From the NCBI GenBank assembly GCA_051313645.2, contig JBNRSN020000029.1, positions 23,312,001 through 23,376,000 of the forward strand: a stretch of 64,000 nt of DNA, written 5' to 3'. This DNA is from Centroscyllium fabricii. Its lineage: Eukaryota. Below are positions 22,781-35,948 of the stretch, one piece after another. The position numbers and the translations under genes were made by a program. Position 1 is the first letter of the stretch, and each line of letters opens with the position of its first letter. The notes beneath the pieces are model-generated. The model had not been told where the DNA came from. It did not search any database and worked only from the letters and a program-made list of their open reading frames with translations.

Positions 22781-23610
22781 TGTAGGATAGCGTGAAGCTG
22801 TAGGTTTTAGGAAACATAATGAAGGACTATATTATGTGGAATTATATGTATAAAGCAGAAAAGCCTGCAAAAATGTGGAATGGCTGAGAGAAAGGCAAGA
22901 TGGAAACTTATGCCAAACTGACTGAAACTGCTGTGTTTTCAATTGCTGAAGCAAGGGAATGTATTTCTAAGTGTATGGAGACAGGAGGGGACGATGAATT
23001 CAGTAATATTATGCTTAAAGAGACAAGAACTAGAGAAAGAGATATGAGTTGGAGACATCTTTCATTGGTACAGCTATAGGATGAACAGACTGTTGAGAAA
23101 ACATTTTAAGAAATGTTCTGTGAAACATGAACATCTAAGATAAGGGTACTTTCCTGTGCACAAAAAGAGACCTAGTGGGATAGACAAGGTCGTAAGATGA
23201 CCAACGTGTGAAGCAATACTTTTACCTGGTGTGAGAGAATTAATTACTGCCCCGTAGGCAAAATGAGAGGGAAAAGAGTATAAAGATACAGGCTATGAAC
23301 ACTGAGGGTAGCGCACACCAATTAACCAGAGATTGATATGAGTTTCAGTCAACAGAACACAGCAAGAACCCAATTACGCGAGCTTCAGTCAACAGAACAC
23401 AGCAAGATACATCAGGAGACCGCGCCACAGTCACTCAGAATGAACACTAGTCTTCAACATACGGCCGATGACTATCTTATAGTTAAGTATTACTTATTTA
23501 TTCTGGATGTATAATGCTTAACACACCGGTCTCATTATACAGAATATACCTGTACCAGAGTGGTTTCTGTAGTCACGGACAAATTATTATAAGAGATTTT
23601 GAAAGCTACA
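22781..23610 (+). mobile_element. Solo LTR, 830 bp, 4-bp TSD CATA
   Basis: TGTAG...CTACA inverted termini; CATA at 22777-22780 and 23611-23614; TATAAA at 23279; internal ~27-bp direct repeat at 23341/23381. Confidence 0.85.
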
Positions 23611-24790
23611 CATATATTGACCTTGGAGGGAATGCAGTCTAGGTTTACCAGAATGAAAACCGGACTCCAAGGGTTAAATTAGGAGGAGAGATTACACGAA
23701 TTACGGCTGTATTCCCGAGAATTAAAAATTTAAGGCAAGATTTGATCGAAGATTTCAAGATATTCAGGGGAACAGATAGGATAGAAAGAGAGAAATTATT
23801 TCCGGTGGTTGGAGAGTCTGGTGCTAGGGGGTATATTCTGAAAATTAGAACCAGGTCTTTCAGGAGTGAAATTAGGAAACACTTCTACTCGCAATGCGCG
23901 GTAGGAGTTTGGAACTCTCTTCCACAAACAATAATTGATGCTGGATCAAATGTTAATTTTACATCTAAGATTGACAGATTTTCCTTCACAAATGGGCCAA
24001 AGGCGGGTATATGGAGTTAGGTCGCAGACCAGCCATGCTGCCAATGATTGGCGGAACAGGCTGGAGGGGCTAAATGGCCCACTGGTGTTCCTATGTTCAT
24101 ATGTTCCAGACAGTTCTACTTAAAAGACATCTGGAGTACTGCGTCCAGTTTCGTTTTCCGAAGGGTAGGAACTTATATATTGGCCTTGCAGTGGGTGCAA
24201 CGCAGATTCACCAGAATGATACCGAGTTTAACGGGTTAGATGATCAAGAACAGCTGCAGATACTAGGCTTGTATTCTGTTTTGTATAGAAGACAAAGTTG
24301 TGATATAATTTAGATAGTTCCGTTCCGCTCTGTAACGCACTGACCTGTTCACTGTTTCCAGATATTGTCGCTCATTTTCACCGTTGGATGCGCTGCTGTC
24401 TGCTGACAACAGGCGCTTAAACCGAGCAAGATTTCAGCCCTGGCGGTGAATGCTGCACCTGAAGGATTTATCGGTCTCCGGGCGATCGGAAAGCTCTTCT
24501 GCCACGCTAAGTAAAGCTAGAAGTCAGCAATATAAGATAGTCATTGATAAATCCAACAGGAAGTTCAGCAAATACATATTTACTCAAAGTACGCGCGACC
24601 ATGAGGAATAGTTGAGATAAATAGCATTGATGCATTTCAGGTGGAGTTAGATAAGTCCATGAGGGAGACAGCAATAGAAGGGTATGCTGAAAGTGAGATG
24701 ATGTGGGCTGGGATGAAGCTTGTGTGCAGCATAAACGCCGGCAGAGACCAGTTGTGTGGAATGGCCTTTTCCTGTGCTGTACATTCGATG
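23611..24790 (+). mobile_element. Three stacked degenerate CR1 3'-end fragments
   Basis: LIEDFKIFRGTDRIEREKLFP..RKHFYSQ; HLEYCVQF; LALQWVQRRFTRMIP; CR1-type 3'UTRs. Confidence 0.75.
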
Positions 24791-25329
24791 TAAAGTGTTT
24801 GAAAGATTCATAGATCCGCACCTGCTTTGGACTCCAGGCATTAATGCAATTTGTTTCTCGAAGCCTGTTAATATCCTCGCGTCCTTGTCTCTCGCCACCT
24901 CTGTGGGAAGGTCAAATTCCCGCAGAAACAATTCCAACCGAGCCCTCATCGCGAGATTCTGGCATTTTGCGGTTTTGAACCAGGACAGGGACACACATCT
25001 GTTTCCTTATTTGGCCCTGTGATTCGCTATTCTGCAAGTATGAGAGAGAGAGGGAGTGAGAGGGACAACGGGTGTATCAGAGAGAGGGAAGGAGGAAACC
25101 TAGAGAAAGAGAGAGAGAGGGTGAGGGAAAGACCGGGAGAGAGATATAAATATCATTGTAAACCTATTTAATTGTTAATCCAAGCAATTTGTAAAGGTGA
25201 GCAATGGAAGGACTTGTTTTTTTATCGCTTTTCCTGACTTCAGAATGTCTCAAAGCGCTTTACTGCCAATTGTGTTAGAACTTGGTGTTCCCGCCCTGGA
25301 CTTGGAAAACTACAACAAATTCCCAACCG

Positions 25330-26050
25330 CTTCTTCCTCTCTTTCCCGCTCTCTCTCTTTCTCAGTCTCTCTCTCTCTCTCCCTCTACCTCGCTGTCTCT
25401 GTCTGTTTGTTTCTCGCTCTTNNNNNNNNNNNNNNNNNNNNNNNNNNNNNNNNNNNNNNNNNNNNNNNNNNNNNNNNNNNNNNNNNNNNNNNNNNNNNNN
25501 NNNNNNNNNNNNNNNNNNNNNNNNNNNNNNNNNNNNNNNNNNNNNNNNNNNNNNNNNNNTTTGTTTCTCTCTCTTTCTCAGTTTGAATCTCTGTCAGACG
25601 GTGTCCCTCCTTCTTTACAACTGAACAGCGACATGCAACCGCAGCCTGTCCCGGGGCTAGTTACTATGGGGAATCACTGGGACCACAGGCTCTCTGCACG
25701 GTCTCCTCCTTAGATGGGAAGCCCGCAGAGCGAGGCAAACGTGCGCAATGTGGAAATGGTGAATAATGCCAACTTCATTCTTAGTTATTTCCAACATTTT
25801 ACAATGTTCTATTTGAGATGCTGTACACTCCAATGACTCGCTACTTCTGAGCCTGTATCTTCATTTCTCTCTCTTTGTCACTCTCTGTCTGTTCCTCTTC
25901 CTCTGTCTCTCTTTGACCCAGTTTCTACCTCGTATTCTGTTTCTCTCCCTGTTGCCTCGCACTCCGTGTCACTATCTTTCTCTCTGACTCAGATTATTTC
26001 CTTGTCTGTGTGCCTGTCTCTCCACCTCTGTTTCTCTATGCATCTAACTC
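25330..26050. repeat. CT-rich low-complexity sequence surrounding an assembly gap
   Basis: (CT)n-like tracts on both sides of the N run. Confidence 0.8.
25422..25559. other. Assembly gap (138 N)
   Basis: Run of N. Confidence 1.
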
Positions 26051-26329
26051 TGCGGGTTTGTGAAGTTGTGTTTGGATTCAGGTGTGTGGATCTCTGCGCA
26101 AAGGAACATGATTTGACCATTCCGCCCCTCGAACATGTTCCACCATTCAGTTGGTCATTGCTGTTCTGTAGCTTAATTCCATTGTTCCTGGAACCTTTAA
26201 TAACCTCGCCTAACCAAAATCTATGGATCTCACTTTTGAAGTTTCTCTGCTTTCGTTTCTCACAGTCTCTATTTGAATTCTTCCGCAGGTCAGGAAGTTT
26301 GTGCAGAGAGCGGGAGTGTGAAGATATCA

Positions 26330-27140
26330 GATGCTCAGACTGGAAGGAAGGATAGAGTGGTGATCCCCAGGGGTCGATAGTTGGACCGCTGCTTTTTTAA
26401 TGAAGACTGGTGACCTGAACTTGGGTAAAGCGTGCATAATTTGAAAGTTTGCAGACAATACGAAAGATTGTAATGTAGTAAAACGTGAGGAGGATAGTAA
26501 CAGGTTACAGGAGGACATATAGAGACTGGTGAAATGGGCAGACACGTAATAGATGTATTTTAACGCAGACAAATTTGAAGTTATACATTGTGGTAGAATG
26601 AAGAGGAGAGGCAAAATGAACTAAATCGTAAAATTTCAACGTGAAAAATTATTTACTTTGATCGGCTCCCGCTGGAGATCACTGGCCCCGAAGCTGGTCA
26701 GAAAAATCTCCCCTGCATTTGATTAACTGCCTCTAAATTGTACCATTTTAAAGTGGGTGCAGGTACAGGGAGACATGCTGTGCGCGTACACAGATCAGTG
26801 AAGCTGTCAGGACACGTTGAGAATGCTTTTAAAAAGCACGTGGGATCCTTGGCTTTACTAACAGAGTTCAAAAGCAAGGATGTCAGGATAAAACTTTAAA
26901 AACACTGGCGAGGCCTCAGCTGGGGTATTGTCTTCAATTCTGGGCACCACATTTTGGGAAGAATGTCAAAGCTTTGGAGAGAGTGCAGAATAGATTTACT
27001 AGAATGGTACCAGGGGTGAGAGATGTCATTTATGTGATGAGAATGGAGAAGTTGGGAATTTCCTTTTTAGAGCAGAGAATGCCCAGAATATATTTGATAG
27101 AAGCGTTCAACATTATAAATTATTTTGATAGAATCCATCA
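26330..27140 (+). mobile_element. Degenerate CR1 RT fragment
   Basis: SGDPQGSIVGPLLF, KFADNTK, RPQLGYCLQFWAPHF, ERVQNRFTRMVPG; many stops. Confidence 0.8.
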
Positions 27141-27458
27141 GGAGAACACTTAAAAAAAAACACATTAAAAGTGATAAAACATCTCCGGGCACGAACGGGG
27201 GTCGAACCCATAATCAGTGGCAGAGGAAGAATTGTCTGATCATCTACTTTATTTAATGTAAGACACAAACACAGGTATTCATTAAGAATCAACTCACAGA
27301 TTGACACTGAGATAAAAGCTGCGAGAGATACACACAGAATCCCGAAACAAGGCGGACAAGAGTGATGAATAAATAAAAAACGGCCTCAGTCTCCAGCAGT
27401 CAGTGACAAGTAGCTGAGAGATATCAGTGAGTGGGGGTGGGCACTGTATGTGTAGCTT

Positions 27459-27532
27459 GGCTCCGTGGCTTAGCTGGTCAAAGCGCCTGTCTAGTAAACA
27501 GGAGATCCTGGGTTCGATTCCTAGCGGGGCCT
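27459..27532 (+). tRNA. tRNA-Thr-AGT: tRNA-Thr(AGT), intact
   Basis: 74 nt, all four stems pair, AGT at 27493-27495, A and B boxes intact, T-run terminator immediately downstream. Confidence 0.95.
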
Positions 27533-27793
27533 TTTTTCTTCTTTATGACTCGCCAGGGGTGAGTTTCTTCTCTTGTGAAAGGGCGACAATCCTTTTAAAT
27601 GTGACTGCGGCTGCATCAGTTCCCATTCTGGATTAAGGCTCCAGTCGCTGTGGGCCTTGGTCTAATTCCACCGCTGTCATAATTTCGGGGTGTGCTGATA
27701 TTGGCTTTCTCCATAAATCCATCTTTTCTAAGCAGTGCCGTGCGTTACTTTGCTGTGGTCAGAACAGAGCACCACCAGCAGTTGGTGTCGAGT

Positions 27794-27865
27794 GCCGTGT
27801 TCGTATAGTGTGCAGTATTTTGCGCTATACCCGCAGAAACATTGGTTCGAATCCCAGTCACGCTA
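27794..27865 (+). pseudogene. tRNA-His pseudogene
   Basis: GCCGTGTTCGTATAGTG...GGTTCGAATCCCAGTCACG; anticodon destroyed; same position after Thr as His at 1100. Confidence 0.85.
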
Positions 27866-28497
27866 AAACTCGCTTTATGTATTTTGTCCTCTGAGGCACC
27901 TGCTGATAGATTGCAACAAATAATCAATCATTACTACATGAACCAATTATTATTTGTTGGCGGTGAAAACCTATTTACTCCTTCAAAACCCCGCGCTCTC
28001 ACATGCCTGAACTTGATGCTCCATAATTCAACCACATCTCTTCTCCCAGCTTTTTGTTCCATCAACAATCAATATCCCTCCTTTTCTTTCCTCTTTCCAT
28101 TTCATTACCACTTTCCTGAGGTATTAAATACATCTATCATTCAATTTCACCTGCTTAACTTCACCATACTTAGGTTTGCTCTGCGACCATCGTTGTTCCT
28201 GGGGGCACATCTCCCATTCGCACCAATCTCAATTGGCGCTTTGAAACCAGTTGATACATTCAGACCAGCGGGACCGCTCGACAGACAAGCATTGCGAAAG
28301 CAGAGCCGGCCTTCGGAAGCAAAATAGTTGGATTGCACACGGAATTCCCTTGGCCTAATGGATACGGCGGCTATATCGCTGCTAATCGTAATCGTGATTG
28401 TTGTCAGTCACGGTTCATTCTGCGTCTATTTAAAGCGGGTGAGTTCACAGTACTGGACCATTATGTGTGTTGGTCTTTTTGAAGGAGCGCGATTTCA

Positions 28498-28560
28498 GCT
28501 GCGATGACCGAGTTGTTAAGGTGTTGCATTGGGTTTCCCTGCGCAGGTGCAAACTGAGGT
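28498..28560 (+). pseudogene. tRNA-Ser(TGA-type) remnant without the Pro insert
   Basis: GCTGCGATGACCGAGTTGTTAAGGTGTTGCATTGGGTTTCCCTGCGCAGGT. Confidence 0.65.
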
Positions 28561-29203
28561 CGCTTAATTCGAAATATATCCATATTTTCCTAAATCCACT
28601 CCTTGAAACGAAGTGTTGCACTGGATGTGCTCACAACCCTCCCGACAACTTCTTGACGATGCCAAACGTTTTCTTCTCTGTTCAGAATTTAGCATCAAAC
28701 CGACTATTACTGACAGGGCCACCCTGAAGTATGGGAAGGCCTTTTGCTGACAGAAGTTGATTGTACATTTTCAACATTGTAGGGGGGGTGCACGGGCAGG
28801 TGAATGGAAGAGCTGAGAGCGTTGCGGACGGGCGGCGAGGTGGCCATCGCTCTGTGTCCCGGGTCTGTCGCTGTCTCTCAGGATGTCAGTACAGCCACAA
28901 ACACCACACACTGCCTTTGAGGACCGGACGCAGGTCTGGTCAGTGTATCCTCGCAACTACCTCGGGAGTTTAATGATTGCGGAATTAAGAACATTTCGCT
29001 GTCTGACTTGTATAGATTTAATCAGTGAATTATTTGTGAAAGAGAAACAGAGGAGAAAGATTGAGAGCTTTCACTGTGGGACAGAAGTGATAGTGTTTAT
29101 TGGAGAAGTAATGCAATCTCTGACAGTGCAGAGAGTGATGACTCAGCATTTGCCCTTATCCCTAAGCACATGCTCTGACTTGCGATTCCACAATGGAGCA
29201 GAG

Positions 29204-29276
29204 GTTTCCGTAGTGTCGTGTTTATCACGTTCGCTTTACTCGCGGAAAATCCTCGGTTCGACCCCGGCCAGGAGTA
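29204..29276 (+). pseudogene. tRNA-Val (AAC/CAC-type body) pseudogene
   Basis: GTTTCCGTAGTGTCGTGTTTATCACGTTCGC...CGGTTCGA; 3' acceptor strand broken. Confidence 0.85.
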
Positions 29277-29744
29277 TTATTTGGAACTTGATCCAGGTGC
29301 GTATTTTTCTTGCGAAAAGGGGCTACAATCGGCCGCTACGATTGTAATTAATAATATTTATTAACCACAGTCTGAAAATCCAGTCTGTGAAATGAGAACA
29401 CATGAACGTTCATCACAGGCAAAGCAGAAAAACTGATGAACGTTTCCTTGTTACTCGTTTGCCATGTATTTTGCTCAGTGTGAAACCTTCATTTATAGAA
29501 GTTGAAGATCTCCAGTGGTCTGCTAATATTTTAACAATATATGAATAGTGCAGGGAAACAGCGCCGAATCACCGCTGTGCCCATACACTCTTCATGTCTT
29601 GTTAAAATATTTGCAGACCACTGGCAATCTTCAACTTGTATGAATTGAAGGTGGAGCAGCAATCGCGAATCGCAGGCACCCAACGAAAGACTAGCGGGGA
29701 CAAAGCCAAATGATTAGGAGGCAGAAACCTAAGGTAGCAAGCTA

Positions 29745-30710
29745 TTGACTTGGATGGAGAACAGGTTGGCAGAAAGAAAACACAGATTCCTTTATCCGAG
29801 TGGGAGGCAGTGACTAGTGGGATACCGCAAGGATCGTTCCTAGAATCCCAGCTTTCCACAATATATATTAATGATCTGGACGAAGGAATTGTATTGAATA
29901 TCTCCAAATTTGCAGACGACACAAAGCTGGGTGGGAGAGTATGCCGTGAGGAGCATGTCGAGAAACTCCAATGCTATTTGGATAGGTTGGTGGATTGGGC
30001 AGATACGTGGCAAAGAACAATATGTGGATACATGTCAGGTTATCCACTTTGGTGGCAAACACTGGAGGGCAGATTATTATTGTAATGGCAATAGATTGAG
30101 AGATGGGGAAGTGCAAAGAAACCTGGGTATTCCTGTGCACCCTTCACTGAAGGTAAGCATGCAGGTGCAACAGGCGGTTAAGAAGGCAAATGGTATGTTG
30201 GCCTTCAAAGGGTTCTAATCTAAGAACAAGGATATCTTGCTGCAGCTCTACAGGACCTTGGAGAGACCACACCTCGAGTATTGTGTGAAGTTTTTGTCGC
30301 CTCATCTGAGGAAGGACGATCTTGCCAGGAAAGTAGTGCAGAAGATTAACCAGGCTGATACCAGGGATGGCAGGAATGACGTATGGGGAGGGATTGAGTC
30401 GATTGGGCTTATACTCACTGGAGTTCAGACGATTGAGAGGGGTTCTCATCGGAAGCTATACAATTATTTCAGTCCTGGACACTCTGGAGGCAGGAAGGAT
30501 GTTTCCGATGAAAGAGGAGTCCAGAACCAGCGACCATAGTCGAAGGATAAGGGGAAAGTCATTTCGGAATGTGATGAGGGTGAACTTTTCAACCAGAGAG
30601 AGGTGAACCTGTGGAATTACCTGCCACAGAGGGCGGTGGAGGCCGGTTCATTGAATATATTCACGAAGCCGTTGGATATATTTCTTCAGGCTGAAGGGAT
30701 CTAGGGCTTT
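29745..30710 (+). mobile_element. 5'-truncated CR1 (RT C-terminal half), related to the 14810 element
   Basis: [27 protein letters not shown]; 3' end cut by the next CR1. Confidence 0.88.
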
Positions 30711-31106
30711 TTGCAGGGAATCAGAGAGCAGACCTGGGTGGAGTACAGGCAGTGCGAGGCAAGCTGCGGCTCTAAAAGCCGAATCAGTAGGAACTCCTGA
30801 ACAGTGCGCTCAGCGGAGCCAGGTAAAAGAGCTTTCGCGGGCTTTTTTTCCAGGCTGAAGTCGGCAGGGAGGCCAGGACCGGGACCAGAGCTTTCGCGGG
30901 CTTTTTGCCAGGTTGAAGTCGACTAATTAAACAGATAGGGGCCGGGACCATTTCATTGTTACCCGTATATCGGTGGAGCTGTGTTTAAACCCGAGACACT
31001 ACACTAGTAGTTTCTCCCACCCTCCCACCTCCTCTAACCTAGAGGGCTGGAGTGAGATATAAAGTAAGCTCTTTTATATTTTATTTTCAGGGGCTATTTG
31101 GAAGGG

Positions 31107-32010
31107 ATGGCAGGGAAGGCAGTTCAATGTTCCTCCTGCAGGATGTTTCATCTGAGGGAAGCCAATGGAGTCCCGGCTGGTTTCAACTGTGGGAAGTGCA
31201 CCCAGATCCAGCTCCTCGAAAACCGAGTTAGAGAACTGGAGCTGGAACTGGATCAACTTCAGATCATTAGGGAGGCAGAGGAGGTCATAGATGGCAGCTA
31301 CAGGGATGTAGTTACTCCAAAGTGGGAAGATAGATGGGAGACGGTGGGGGGACGGTGCCGGCAGTGCAGGGATCCTATGTGGTCGTTCCCATCAGTAACA
31401 AGTATACTGCTTTGGATACTGCTGGGGGGAACGACCTACCAGGGGTAAGCCACGGTGACCGGATCTCAGACACCGAGTCAGTCTCTGTGGCTCAAAAGGA
31501 AAGGGGGGAGAAAAGGAGAACAATAATTATTGGGACTCGATAGTTAGAGGGACGGATAGGAGGAAACAGAGAGACTCACAGATGGTATGTTGCCTCCCAG
31601 GAGCCAGGGTCCGTGACGTATCGGACCGTGCTTCCAGTATCCTTAAAGGGGAGGGTAAACAGGAACAAGTCGTGGTACATATTGGTACCAAGGACATAGG
31701 TAAGACAAGAGACGGGGATTTAAAGCAGGAATTTAGGGACCTAGGGTGGAAGCTGAGAGCCAGCACAAACAATGTAGCAATCTCTGGTTTGCTGCCAGTG
31801 CCACGGGATAGCGAGTTGAGAAATAGGGAGAGAGTGCAGAAAGACATTTGTCTGCAGGGATGGTGCAGGAGGGAGGGTTTCAGTTACGTGGATTATTGGG
31901 GGTCTTTCTAGGGAAGGTGGGACCTGTACAAACTGGATGGTTTGCACCTGAACCAGATGGGCACAAATATCCTGGGAGGGAAACATTGCTATGGCACTGC
32001 GGGGGGTTTA
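31107..32010 (+). pseudogene. CR1 ORF1 (zinc finger, coiled coil, SGNH esterase), disrupted
   Basis: CSSC..CGKC, LENRVRELELEL, IIGDS, VCCLPGARV, VVHIGT, DGLHLN across frameshifts and stops. Confidence 0.88.
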
Positions 32011-34900
32011 AACCAATTGGCCAGGGGGTTGGGAAAACAGGCAGTAGTAAAGAAGGGAGTTTGGAGGGTAGGGAGGTACTGAGGAGAGTATCCAGGACAC
32101 GCGTGTGTACTGGTAGGCAAGAAGGTGGATTGAAGTGTGCCTATTTCAATGCGAGAAATAAGGTAGTAGAAATTGGGGCATGGATTGGTACGTGGGTCTA
32201 CGATGTGGTGGCCATTACGGAGACATGGTTGGAACAGGGTCAGGAATGTTTGTTGGGGGATCCAGGCAATAGATGTTTCTGCAAGAGCAGGGAGGGAGGA
32301 AAGCGGGGTAGATGGGTGGCACTGTTAATCAATGACAACGTAACAGCTGCAGATAGGCAGTTCGAGGGGGACATGCCGACTGAGGTAATATTTGCTGAGG
32401 TAAGGAATAAGAAAGGGGCGGTCACTTTGTTGGGAGTTTTCTATATGCCCCCAAATAGTAATAGAGATGTGGAGGAGGAAATTGCAAAGCAGATTATGGA
32501 TAGGTGTGAGGGGAATAGGGTAGTTGTCATGGGCGATTTTGACTTTCCAAATATTGACTGGAATCTTTATTAGTCAAATAGTTTGGATGGGGAAGTTTTT
32601 GTACAGTGCGGGCAGGAGGGTTTCCTGACGCAATATGTGGATGGCCCAACAAGGGGTGGGTCAACTTTGGATTTGGTATTGGGTACTGAACCGTTCCAAG
32701 TGTTGGATTTGGTTGTGGGAGAACACTTTATTGATAGTGACCACAATTCAGTTACATTCACTATAGAAATGGAGAGGGATAGGAATATATGGCAGGGCAA
32801 GATTTATAATTGGGGGAGGGGTAATTAAGATACGATTAGCCAAGAATTAGGGAGCATTGGATGGGAACAGGAACTTGCTGGGAAAGGCACTGACGAAAAA
32901 TGGGGCATCGTCAAGGAACAAATACTGTGTGTCCTAGATACACATGTCCGTGTCAGGCTGGGAGGAAATGGTAGAGCGAGGGAACAGTGGAACACAAAGG
33001 AGGTCGAAAGTCTAGTCAAAAGCAAAAAGGATGCATATGTAAAGATGAGGAAACAAGGTTCAGCAGGGGCACGCGAGGACTACCTGGTAGCAAGGACAGA
33101 GCTAAAAAATGGGCTGAGGAGAGCTAGGAGGGGGCATGAGAAGTCCTTCGCGGGACGGATCAAAGGAGAATCTTAAGGCTTTTTATTCTTGCATAAGGAA
33201 TAAAGGAATGACCAGGTTAAGGGTAGGGCCGGTCAAGGACAGTAGGGGCATTTTGTGCATTGAGTAAGAAGAGATAGGAGAGGCTTTGAATCAATACTTT
33301 TCGTCAGTGTTCACCAGGGAGAGGGGCCGTGGATTGGAGGATAAGAGTGGGATACAGGTGGATAGGATGAATGAGATAAATATTCAAAGGGAAGAGGTAC
33401 TGGCAATCTTGAATAAGCTGAAGGTCGATAAGTCCCCTGGCCAGATGGGATATACCCTAGGATTTTTTGGGAGGCAAGGGATGAGATTGCAGAGCCCTTG
33501 ACATTGATCTTTGGATCCTCGCTATCCACGGGGATAGTGCCTGAGGACTGGAGATTGGCGAATGTGGTTCCTCTGTTCAAGAAAGGTAATAGAAATGACC
33601 CTGGTAACTATAGACCGTTTAGTCTTACTTCGGTGGTCGGTAAGTTAATAGAAAAGGTCCTGAATGAGGGATAGGATTTATGACCATTTGGAAAGGAGCA
33701 AAGCAATCCGGAATATTCAACATGGATTCGTGAAGGGTAAATCGTGCCTAACAAATTTGATTAAATTCTTTGAGGAGGTAACTAAGTGTGTAGATGAAGA
33801 TAAGGCAGTTGATGTCGTGTACATGAATTTTAGTAAGGCGTTTGATAAGGTTCCCCATGGACGGCTCACGATGAGTGTAAGGAGTTGTGGGATAGAGGGA
33901 AATTTAGCCGAGTGGATAAGTTACTGGCTATCTCATAGAAGGCAGAGGGTGTTGGTGGATGGAAAATACTCGGGCTGGAGACCAGTCACCAGCGGTGTGC
34001 CGCAGGGGTCGGTGCTGGGTCCTCTGCTGGTTGTGATCTTTATCAATGACTTGGAGGAGGGGGCTGAAGGATGGGTCAGTAAATTTGCAGATGACACCAA
34101 GATAGGTGGAGTAGTGGATGAGGTGGAGGGAAGTAATAGGCTGCAGAGAGACATTGACAGGATGCAGAGCTGGGCCAAAAAGTGGCAGATGGAGTTTAAC
34201 CCTGACAAGTTCGAGGTGATTCATTTTGGTAGGACAAATATGAATATGGAGTACAGGGTCAGCGGCAAGGTTCTGAAGAATGTGGAGAAACAAAGGAATC
34301 TTGGGGTTCATATCCATAAATCACTTAAGGCTGCCACTCAAGTGGATAAAGCTGCAAAGAAGGCCGATAGTGTGTTGGCATTTGTTAACAAGGGATTTGA
34401 GTTTAAGAACCGTGGGGTTATGCTGCAACTGTACAGGTCCCTGGTGAGACCACACTTGGAATATTGTGTGCACTTCTGGGCACCTCACTATCGGAAGGAC
34501 GTGGGGGCATTGAATAGAGTGCAGAGGAGATTTACCAGGATGCTACCTGATTTGGGGGTTAGGTCTTATGAAGAGAGGTTGAGGGAGCTGGGGCTCTACT
34601 CTTTGGAGCGAAGGAGGTTGAGAGGCGATTTAATAGAGGTTTATAAAATGATGAAGTGGATGGATAGAGTGGACGTCCAGAGGCTATTTCCTCGGGTGGG
34701 TGTAACGGTTACAAGAGGGCATAAGTATAGGATACATGGTGGAAGATTTAGGAAGGATGTCAGAGACAGATTCTTTACCCTGAGAGTGGTCGGGGTGTGG
34801 AATGGACGGCCTGCTGAAATAATGGATTCGGACAATTTGGGAGCCTTTAAAAGGTAATTGGATAAGCACATGGAGCGCAAAGAAGGTTGGGGGGAATAGC
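32010..34900 (+). pseudogene. CR1 ORF2 (APE plus RT), disrupted
   Basis: YFNAR, AITETW, MGDFD, SDHN, QHGF, GVPQGSVLGP, KFADDTK; 397-aa open RT stretch 33664-34857. Confidence 0.92.
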
Positions 34901-35326
34901 AGTATTTCATTTCGGATCATGCTCGGCATTATATTGCGGGCCGAATGACCTGCACTGTGCTGTATTGTTCTATGTTCTACTGTGTTCTATGTATGACCTT
35001 AATCACCAGATTTTCTGTTTTAGCTTCATTGGTTGGGAGATAAATAATGGGGAGAAATCCTCACTCATTTCGACATATTTTCATTGGATCTGGGGCCTCG
35101 GTTGAACGTCATAACAGAACTACGGCACCGCTGATATTTCAGTTCTCCCTCAGCACTGCAATGGAGTGTCAGCCAGAATTATGTGCTCAGGTGTCTGGAG
35201 TGTGACTTGCGGTTGCTCCCGCTGAGCTACGTCTGACACCTAACCTCAGTTCAGTCCAGTGGAATGAAATGACGGTGATAAGTGAAAATGATAGTGGAGC
35301 AAAACTTCAAATTTGCCCACTAGATT

Positions 35327-35417
35327 TGTTCACCTGACGAAGGGGCTCACGCTCCGAAAGCTTGTGATTTAAAATAAAACCGTTGGACTATAAATCTGGT
35401 GTTGTGTGACTTTTTGC
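35327..35417 (+). mobile_element. 91-bp Penelope-associated insertion flanked by 16-bp direct repeats
   Basis: ATTTGCCCACTAGATT at 35311-35326 and 35418-35433; paralogous sites near 10624 and 36914 are empty with a single copy. Confidence 0.85.
35330..35367 (+). ncRNA. Minimal type I hammerhead ribozyme (Penelope-type)
   Basis: TCAC-CTGACGA-A-GGGGC-TCAC-GCTCC-GAA-AGCT-T-GTGA: CUGANGA and GAAA cores, stem I TCAC/GTGA, stem II GGGGC/GCTCC, palindromic AGCT stem III. Confidence 0.8.
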
Positions 35418-35679
35418 ATTTGCCCACTAGATTAAACCGCGCATCGTAATCTGCCTCCCGTTATAGAAACCGCCGATTTATATTTCTATCGATTTCATCA
35501 GCAATGATAATCAGGCCTGTCTATAATGCCGGGGTCGTGGTCAGTCAATATTCACGATGTGTCTGGTTAAACCGGGTGTGCTCACACACCCGGATCATTC
35601 AATGTGTCAGTATATTTTTGATAGAAAAACCATCACAGACGTGATGGCCGTGTTGGTGAGGTTTTACTGAAATATGGCG

Positions 35680-35768
35680 GGGCTCGACCGCGATTTGAAC
35701 CCAGGACCTCTCGCATTTTACGTAGCGTGGCGCCAGAAACGAGAGTCAGTCCCCGAGACCAAATAACC
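35680..35768 (-). pseudogene. Intron-containing tRNA-Pro pseudogene nested in Ser remnant (35638-35831)
   Basis: 3' exon TGCGAGAGGTCCTGGGTTCAAATCGCGGTCGAGCCC preceded by a ~17-nt insert at 35716-35732 ending ..GCTACGTAAAA. Confidence 0.8.
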
Positions 35769-35948
35769 GCCTAGTGCCTCATTGAAATTGCATTAGGTTG
35801 CCCTGTGCTGCTGTGAACCCAGTTCGCAGAGGACCTGTTCATTGATTTTACATATGTTTATATTTCCTGAAATTCAATTCTCTATATGAGCAGTTTCCCT
35901 GAATCTGCTCGCAATTCTCCGCATAATAAGAACGTTGGCGTTAGCAGA

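Larger units (their letters stand above)
30712..34992 (+). mobile_element. Second apparently full-length CR1 LINE (different family, ~4.3 kb)
   Basis: 5'UTR, ORF1, ORF2, tail TTCTATGTTCTAC..TTCTATGT. Confidence 0.93.

Noticed and set aside
27185-27210. Reverse-strand T-arm fragment resembling the Ile(AAT) 3' end
   Set aside because: About 25 nt only; insufficient for a call.
31064-31090. GTAAG...TTTTCAG mini-intron before CR1 ORF1
   Set aside because: About 27 nt is too short for a vertebrate spliceosomal intron; no transcript evidence.
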